Of a stretch of 64,000 bases of DNA, positions 56,059 through 64,000 are shown piece after piece (the first letter of the stretch is position 1; every line of letters begins with the position of its first letter). A program made the position numbers and the translations under genes. The notes beneath the pieces are model-generated. The model saw only the letters and a list, made by a program, of their open reading frames with translations. It had not been told where the DNA came from and did no database searches. This DNA comes from the human T2T-CHM13v2.0 reference genome, Homo sapiens: contig CP086569.2 in NCBI GenBank assembly GCA_009914755.4, positions 12,256,001-12,320,000 of the forward strand, in the 5' to 3' direction.

Positions 56059-58955
56059 GAATTCTAATTCATTCAAATGGAATGGTATTGAATGGAATGG
56101 AATCCAATGGAATGGATAGGATTGTACTGGATTGGAATAGAATGGAATGCAACGGAGTGGAATGGAGTTGAATGAAGTGGAATGGAATCGATTGGAATGG
56201 AATCAAATGGAATGGACGGGAATGGAATGGACTGGAAGAGAACAGACTCGAATATAATGGATTGCAATGTAATTGATTCAAATGGAATGGAATCGAATGG
56301 AATGTAATAAAATTGAAGGGATTGGAGTTCAATGCAATGGAAAAGAATGGAATGCAAAGGAATGGAAAGGAACGGAGTGAAATCGAGTGTAATGGAATCG
56401 AATGGAATGAAATCGAATGGAATGGACTCAAAAGAAATGGACGAGGGACAAAACGGAATCGAACTGATTGGAATGGAACGGAAAGGAATGGAATGGAATG
56501 GTCTCCATTGGATCGGAGTAGAACGGATTGGAATGCAATGGAATGAAATGGAATGGAAAGGAATAGAATGGAATGGAAGGTAATGGAAAGATATCGAACG
56601 GATTGGAAAGGAATGCAATGGACCCTAATGGAATGGAATGGAATTCAACAGAAACCAATGGAATGGACTGGAGTGAAATGGAGTCGAATGTAATTGACTG
56701 GAATGGAATGGACTCGAAAGAAATGGACTCGAATAGAATGGACTGGAATGGATTGTACTCGAATGGAGTGGAAAGGAATAAAATGGATTCCACCAGATTG
56801 GAATGGAACAGACTGAAATGGAGTGGAATGGAATGCAATGGAGCGGCTCGACTGGAATGGAGTCGAATGCAGTGGAATAGAAAGGAAAGGAATTGAATGG
56901 AATTGAAAGTAATAGAATTAAATGGAGTGCAAAGGAAAGATATCGAATGGAATGGATCGAAAAGAAATAGAATGGAATGGACAGGAATGGAATGGAATAG
57001 AATGGAATAGACTGGCGTGCAATGAAAGCGAATGGAATGGAATGGCAAGGAATGGAGTAGAATAAATACTATGGAATGGAATGGAATGGAATTGAATGGA
57101 ATGGAATGGAATGGAGGCGAAAGGAAAAGAATGGATTGGAATGTCACCGAATGGAAAGATATGGAATGGAAAGGAGTGGATAGGAATGGAATGGAATAGA
57201 AAGGAACGGAAAGGTAAAGAATGGAATGGAATCGGATAGAATGGAATGCAATGAAATGGAGTCGAATGGGAAATAATCGAGTAGAATGATATCGAATGGA
57301 ATGGAATTTAATGGAATGGAATGGAATGGAATGGAATGGAATGGAATGTTCTCCAATGGATTAGAATAGAATGGAATGGAACTAAACGTAATGAACTCGA
57401 ATGGAATGGACACAAATAGAATGGAAGAGAAAGGAATGGTATTGAATGGAATTTATTCGAATAGAATGGAATTCAACGGAATGCAACAGTGTGGCATGGA
57501 ATCAAATGGAATGGAATCGAATGGAATGGACCCGAGTGGAATGGACTCACATAGAACAGCCTGGAATGTAATGGATGACAATGTATTAGATTCGAAAGGA
57601 CTGAAATCGAATGGAATGTAATCAAATTGAACGGAATTGAATGCATGGAATGGCATAGAAAGTAATGCAATGGAATGGAATAGACTGGAATGGAATGGAA
57701 TCGGATGGAATGTAATGAAATGTAATGGAAGGAATGCCATGGAATGGAATGGAATGGAATGCAATGGGCCTGTGTATAATGGAGTGCAATGGAATTCAGT
57801 GGAATGTAGTCAATAGGAATGAAATAGAATGGAATTCAATATAAGGGAATGGCATCCAATGGCAAGGAATGGAGTGGACTCCAATGGAAACAACATGAAA
57901 GGAATATAATATAATGGAATGGCATTGAACGAAATGGAATGCAATGGAGTTAAAAGGTAAGATATCGAATGGAAAAGAATTGAATGGACTCGAATGGAAT
58001 ATAACGGAATGGAAAGGACTCGAATGGAATGTACTAGAGTTGAATGGAATGGAATGGAATGGAAAACAATGGAAAGGAAAGGAAGGGAATAGAAAGGAAA
58101 GGAATAGAATGGAATGGAATCGGATAGAACGGAATTGAATGGAATGGAAACTAAAGGAATAGAATAGAAATGAATGGCATTGAATGGAATGGAATGGAAT
58201 GGAATCAGATGGAACAGAAAGGAATGGAATAGAATCGAATGGTATGGCATCGAATGGATTGGAATGGAATGTAATGGAATGGAAAGGAATGGAATGGACT
58301 CGAATGGAATGTACTCAAATGGAATAGAATAGAATGGAATGGAAGTAAATATAATGGACTCGAATGGAATGGATTGAAATAATATGGAATTGAATGTATT
58401 GGATTTGAATGGAAAGGAATGGAATGGATTGGAATGAATTCGAATGGAATGGAATCGAATGGAATGGAACGAATTGGAATGTAATTGAATGGCGTCGAAA
58501 ACAGTAGAAAGAAATGAAGTTTAATCGAATGATATCGAATGGAATTGAATGGAATGTACGCGAATGGAATGGACTGGAATGGAATGGACTCTATGGGAAT
58601 GAAGAGGAGTGGAATGGACTCGAATGTCATGGAGACGATTGGAATGGAAGGGAATGCAAAGGAATGGAATGGAATGGAATCTGATGCATCGCAATGGAAT
58701 GGAATGGGGTCGATTGGAATAGAATCGAAAGGAATGGCATCCAATGGAATGGAAACGAATTGAATGGAATGGCAGGAATGGAATGGAAAGGAATATAATG
58801 GAAAGGAATCGGATGGAACGGAATGGAATGTAATGGAGTCGAATGGAATAGAATCTAATAGAATTGCATTGATAGGAATGGAATCGAACGGACTCGAAAG
58901 GATTGGAGCCTAACAGAAGAGAATCGAACAGAATAGCATCAAATGGAATGGAAAT

Positions 58956-59006
58956 GAATGGAATGGAATGGAATGGAATGGAATGGAATGGAATGGAATG
59001 GAATGG
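58956..59006 (+). repeat. Pure (GGAAT)n tract of ~10 units inside the divergent block.
   Basis: Uninterrupted gaatggaatgg... bounded by acacacatg. Confidence 0.75.
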
Positions 59007-59795
59007 ACACACATGTAATGGACTTGAATGGAATGGAATCAAATAGAATGGACGCGAATGGAATGGTCTCGAATGGAATTTATGAAAATAGAATGGAATC
59101 GAAAGTCATTGAACATTATGGAATGGAATCAAATGGAATGAAATCCAATGGAAGGAACCGGAATGGAATGTACTGGAATAGAACGGACTCGAATGTTACG
59201 GAAAGAAAAGTAAATGATTCGGATGTCTTTTAATTGAAAGGAATGAAATTAAATGGAATGGAAAGGAATAAAATGGAATGGAATGAGATAGAATGCAATA
59301 GAATGGAAGTGAGTGGAGTCGAGTTGAATGGAATCGAATTGAATGGAATAGAATCAAATGGAATGGATTCGAATGCAATGGAATCGAATGGAATGGACTG
59401 GAACATAATGGAATTGAACGTATTGGAATGGAAAGGAATGGAAAGGAATTGAATGCAACGGAAAGCAATGGAATCGAATGTAATGGGGTCGTATGTAGTG
59501 GAGTAAAATGGAATGGAATCAAATGGAAGGAAAAGAATACAATCGAATTGAATAGAATAGAATGCAACAGAATGAAACAGAGTGGAATCGAGTGGAATGG
59601 AATAGAATTGAATGGAATGGAAAGGAATGGAATCGAATGGAATGGAATGGAATGGAAGGGAACCGAATGGAATGGAATGGAACAAAATGGAATTGAACAG
59701 ATTAGAATCGAATGGATCCGAATCGAATGGAATAGAATATAATGGAATAGAATGGAATGGAATAGAATGGAATGGAATGGAATATAATGGAATAG

Positions 59796-59845
59796 AATGG
59801 AATGGAATGGAATGGAATGGAATGGAATGGAATGGAATGGAATGG
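59796..59845 (+). repeat. Pure (GGAAT)n tract of ~10 units inside the divergent block.
   Basis: Uninterrupted aatggaatgg... followed by gatggaatgg. Confidence 0.75.
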
Positions 59846-62800
59846 GATGGAATGGAATGGACCCAAATGTAATGAACTCTAATGATATGGACTTTAATAG
59901 AATGGATTAGAAAACAATGGGCTCGAATGGAATTTAATCAAGTCGAATTTAATGGAATGGAATGGAATGCAAAACTATGGAATAGCATCAAATGGAATGG
60001 AACAGAATAGAGTGGAATGGAATGGAATACACAGGTATAGAACAGACTCGAATGTAATGGATTGCAATGTAAGTGATTCAAAGGGAATGGAATCAAATGG
60101 AATATAATCAAATGGAATGGAATGGAGTGCATTGGAATGGAATAAAATGGAATGCAAACAATGGTACAGAACTCATTTGAATCTAGAGGAATGGAATCGA
60201 ATGCAATGGAAAAGAATGGAATGGACACGAATGGAATGGATTGGAAACAAATGGAATGGAAAGGATTTTAATCATACAGAACAAAATAGAATGCAATGGA
60301 CTCGAATGAAATGGAGTCGAAGAGAATAGTATCAAATGGAAAGGAATGGAATGCAATCGAATCGAATGGAATGTTAATGAAATTAATTGAAAGGAATAGA
60401 ATGGAATGAAGTGTAAAGGAAAGATATCGAATTGAATGGAATTGAATGGAATGGACACAAACGGAATGGACTGGAATGGAATGAACTCAAAAAGGAATGG
60501 AATGGAGCGGAACGGACTCGAGTGCAATGGAATCGAATGGTATAGAATAGAACGGAATGGAATGGAAAGGAATAGAAGGGAATGGAATCGGATCCAACGG
60601 GACAGATTGGAATGGGGTAGAATTGAATAGAATCGAATGGAATGGCATCGAATGTAATGGAATGGAATGGACTCGAATGGAATGGAGTGACATGTAATGG
60701 AATCGAAAGGAATGGAATCGAATGAAATGGAATTGAATGGAATAGAAAGGAATAGAATGGAATGGAGTTTAATGGAAAGATATTAAAAGTAATGGAATGG
60801 AATTGAGTGGACACGAATGGAATGGACTGGAATGGAAAGGACTCGAATGAAATGGAGCGCATTAGAATGGACTCGAATGGAATGGATTGGAGTGGAATGG
60901 TCTCGAATGGATTGGAAACGAATGGAATGGAAAGGAGTAGAATGGAATGTAATCAAATGGAACGAAATGGAATGGAATGGATTCGACTGGAACAGAATTG
61001 AATGGAGTGGAATTGATTGGAATGGAATGCAATCGAATGGAATGAACACGAATGGAATAGAATGAAATGAAATGGCATAGAATGGAATGGAATGGAATGG
61101 AATGGAATGGAAGGGAATGGAATGGAATGGAATGGAATGGAATGGCATGGAATGTATTGGAATGGAATGAAATTGATTGGAATGGGATGGGCCCAAAAGT
61201 AATGGACTCAAATAAAAGGGACTCAAATAGAATGAATTGGAAAGAAACGGTCTCGAATGTAATTCATTCGAATGGAATGATATTGAATGGAATGCAATAG
61301 TATGGAATGGTATCGAATAGAATGGAATAGAATGGAATGGAATGGAACGGAATGGAGTGCATTTGAACGGACTCAAATGCAATAAATTGCAATATAATTG
61401 ATTCAAATGGAATAGAATCGAATAGAATGTAAACAAACGGAATGGAAGGCAATGTAATGGCAAGGAATGGAATGAAATTGAATAAATGGAATGGAATCGA
61501 ATGGAAAGGACGGGAATATAATGGACTGTTAAGGAAAGGTCTCGAATCGAATTTATTCCAATAGAATGGAATCGAATGGAATGCAATACTATTGAATCGA
61601 ATCGAATGGAATGGAATTGAATGGAATGGACAGGAATGGAATGAACTGGAAGTGAATGGACAAGAACGTAATATATTGCAAAGTAATTTATTCAAATGGA
61701 ATGGAATGCAATCGAATGGAATGGACTCGATTGGAATGGACTGGAGTGGAATGGACTCAAATGGAATGGAAACGAATGTAATGGAATGGAACTGAAAGCC
61801 AAGGAATCTACTGGAATAGAATCGAACGGAACAGAAAGGAATGAAATGGAATGGAGTGGAATGGACTCGAATGGAATGTATTCGAATGTAATGGACCTGA
61901 AGGAATGGAATCCAATGGAATGGAATTGAATGGAATCAAAAGGAATAGAATGCAATAGAGTGTAATTGAATGATATCGAATGGAAGGGAATGGAATGAAA
62001 TCGAATGTAATGCACTGGAATGGAATGGACTCGATCAGAACGGACTGTAGCGGCATGTACACAAATGAAATGGAAACGAATGGAATGGAATGAAATGGAA
62101 TGGAAATGGAATTGAAAGGAACGGAATGGAATGGAATGGAATGAAATGGATTGGAATAGAATGGATTCAAATAAAATAGAATCGATTGGAATGGTATTGA
62201 ATGGAAGGGACTTGAATGGAATGGAAAGCAATGGAAGATATTGGAATTGAATGGCATCGAATGAAATGGAATGGAACGGAATGGAACGGACCCGAATGGA
62301 ATGGAATGGACTCAAATGTAAAGGACTCGAAAGGAATCGACTGAAATATAATAGACTCGAAAAGAATGGCCTCGAGCGGAATTTATTTGAATAGAATGGA
62401 ATCAAATAGAATACAATAGTATGGAATTGAATAGAATGGAATGGAATCGAATGGAATGTAATCAAATTGAATGGAACGGAATTCAATATAATGGAATAGA
62501 ATGGAATGCATTGGAAAGGAGCAGAGTGGAATCGAGTGGAATGGAATCGAAAGGAATGGAATCAAAGGGAACGAAATCGAATTGAATGGACTTGAATGGA
62601 ATTGAGTCGAAAGGAATTGACTCGAAAGTAATGGACTGGAACAAAAAAGAATCAAATGGACAGGAATAGAATGGAATGGACTCGAATGGAATGGAGTCAA
62701 ATGCAAACGTATCGAATGGAATGGATTCAAATGGAATGCAATTGAATGGAATAGAAAGGAAGAGAATGGAATTGAGAGTAATGGAAAGATATGTATTGGA

Positions 62801-63723
62801 ATGAAATGGAATGGAAAGGAATTGAATGGAAAGGAATGGACTCGGAAGAAATGGATTGGAATTTAATGGTCTCCAATGGAATGGACTGGAGTTGGACGGA
62901 ATCGAATGGAATGAAAAGAATGGAACGGAATGGAACGGAAAGGAATAGAATGTTATGGAATCCGATTGGACAGAATGGAATGGAATGGAGTTTCATGAAA
63001 TGGAGTCGAATAGAGTGGCATCATAAGGAACGTAATGGAACTGAGTGGACTCCAAAGAATGGACTCGAAAGGAATGGAGACGAACCAAATTGAATCCAAT
63101 GGATTGGAGTCGAACAGAATGGAATGGAATGGAATGAACTCGACTGGAGTAGAGAGGAATGTAAAGGAATAGAATGGAATGTAATCAAATGGATTGCAAC
63201 TGAATGGAATCAAAAATAATAGAAAGGAATGGAGTGTAAAGGGATGATATTGAATATAATGGAATGGAATGGAATTCAATGGAATGGAGTCGAAGGAATG
63301 GACAGGAATGTAATGGATTCCAATGGAATGGAATGGATGAAAATGGATTTGAACAGATTGGAATCGAACGGAATGGAATGCAATGGAATTGAATGGACTC
63401 GAATGGAGAAGAGACAAATGGAATGGAAACGAATTCAATGGAATTGAAAAGAATAGAATGGAATGGCGTGTAATGGTAAGATAGTAAATGGAATGGAATG
63501 GAATGGAATGGAATGGAATGGAATGGACCCAAATGTAATGCCCTCGAATGGAATATACTCAAATAGAATGGAATCGAAAGGAAAGGTCTCAAATGGAATT
63601 TATTCAATACAATGGAATCGAATGGAATGCAATAGAATGGAATGGAATCGAATGTAATGGAATCAAATAGAATGGACCAGAATGGAATGGACTGCCATAG
63701 AACGGACGGCAGTGTAATGGATT

Positions 63724-64000
63724 GAATTCTAATTCATTCAAATGGAATGGTATTGAATGGAATGGAATCCAATGGAATGGATAGGATTGTACTGGATTGG
63801 AATAGAATGGAATGCAACGGAGTGGAATGGAGTTGAATGAAGTGGAATGGAATCGATTGGAATGGAATCAAATGGAATGGACGGGAATGGAATGGACTGG
63901 AAGAGAACAGAATCGAATATAATGGATTGCAATGTAATTGATTCAAATGGAATGCAATCGAATGGAATGTAATAAAATTGAAGGGATTGGAGTTCAATGC
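63724..64000 (+). repeat. Partial HOR unit 12, 5' end, divergent type.
   Basis: The landmark gaattctaattcattcaaatgg is at 63724. The following sequence matches 56059-56340 more closely than it matches the core units. Confidence 0.85.

Larger units (their letters stand above)
58589..60687 (+). repeat. A ~2.1-kb block of diverged SatIII-like sequence embedded in unit 11. It is still pentamer-derived but only ~80% similar to HOR modules.
   Basis: Collinearity with the HOR is lost after ggaatggaatgga at 58588 and regained at ~60651-60688. Internal stretches are paralogous to HOR offset ~150-250 (60020-60090 versus 660-720) and to offset ~2600-2700 (60385-60480 versus 3080-3180). At 59196-59235 the block contains the only segment in the window that is out of pentamer register (gattcggatgtcttttaattgaaagg). 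Confidence 0.7.
56059..63723 (+). repeat. HOR unit 11, 7665 bp. A divergent 'type B' unit that carries a ~2.1-kb block of older SatIII-like sequence at HOR offset ~2530.
   Basis: Collinear with the core HOR up to 58588 and again from ~60688 (gagtgacatgtaatggaatcgaaagg ... MDTNGMDWNGKDSNEM at 60807). Diagnostic variants are shared with the interior of unit 1. Confidence 0.8.
1..64000 (+). repeat. Human satellite III (HSat3) tandem array with a single uniform orientation: GGAAT-rich on the + strand and CATTC-rich on the - strand. The entire window is satellite.
   Basis: Seen directly: more than 90% of the window is diverged GGAAT pentamers (ggaatggaatgg, cgaatgg, ggactcgaatgg with HinfI-type GANTC sites). 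There is no unique sequence. The six-frame ORFs are MEWNG-rich on + and IPFHS-rich on -, as expected from translating (GGAAT)n and (ATTCC)n. No strand inversion was found. Confidence 0.93.

Noticed and set aside
58589-60687. Possible transposable-element insertion with a target-site duplication in unit 11.
   Set aside because: The inserted sequence is itself pentamer-derived SatIII-like DNA with paralogy to HOR modules. It has no poly-A tail, no LTR or TIR, and no Alu or L1 signature. The flanking ~37-bp similarity is easily produced by satellite-internal recombination, so it is reported as a satellite rearrangement and not as a mobile element.
1-64000. Hundreds of ORFs of 60-430 aa on both strands in the six-frame track, for example 2636-3919 (427 aa), 9132-10424 (430 aa) and 14685-15917 (410 aa).
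   Set aside because: These are artefacts of the repeat. GGAAT/ATTCC has no stop codon in any of its six frames (GGA ATG GAA TGG AAT and ATT CCA TTC CAT TCC), so any diverged (GGAAT)n produces long M/E/W/N/G or I/P/F/H/S 'proteins'. The same ORFs recur every 5.56 kb, overlap each other on both strands, and have extreme low-complexity composition. No CDS is called.
1-64000. Regular repeat-and-variable-segment appearance that could be mistaken for a CRISPR-like array or for tandem gene copies.
   Set aside because: The period is 5 bp nested in a 5.56-kb HOR. There are no ~30-bp repeats separated by unique spacers, the sequence context is eukaryotic (human-type) satellite, and there are no cas-like or other genes.
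1-64000. Chromosome or array assignment (for example 9q12, chrY DYZ1, D15Z1, acrocentric HSat3).
   Set aside because: I cannot reliably recall a described HSat3 HOR of ~5.56 kb with these landmarks. Naming a locus would be a guess, and it needs alignment to the T2T-CHM13 satellite annotation.

Overview
The whole 64-kb window is a single, uninterrupted array of human-type classical satellite III (HSat3), derived from (GGAAT)n on the + strand and (ATTCC)n on the - strand. I see no protein-coding gene, RNA gene, CRISPR array, transposon or unique sequence, and no evidence of a novel functional system. The six-frame ORF track is an artefact: the GGAAT/ATTCC pentamer has no stop codon in any of its six frames. 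The + strand therefore gives M/E/W/N/G-rich peptides and the - strand gives I/P/F/H/S-rich peptides, and the same 'proteins' recur every ~5.56 kb.

What the sequence does show is repeat architecture:
- The diverged pentamers are organised into a ~5.56-kb higher-order repeat (HOR), present as 11 full copies plus two partial copies.
- Units 2-10 (~50 kb) are almost identical to one another.
- Unit 1 and the last two units (from ~55.5 kb) are a more divergent variant. They share diagnostic substitutions with each other that the core lacks.
- Unit 11 carries a ~2.1-kb block of older, ~80%-related SatIII-like sequence (58.6-60.7 kb), bounded by a ~37-bp near-direct repeat.
- Pure (GGAAT)n tracts at fixed HOR offsets vary in length between units, consistent with slippage.
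- Units 4 and 7 (and partly unit 1) share a private variant haplotype, hinting at a 3-unit (~16.7-kb) super-periodicity or gene conversion.
- A GGTCTCGAAT..AATTTATTC module recurs about five times per unit, suggesting the 5.56-kb unit was built from older subunit duplications.

I could not assign a chromosome or HSat3 subfamily from memory. The 5.56-kb HOR length and the landmark sequences would have to be compared against T2T-CHM13 HSat3 annotation.
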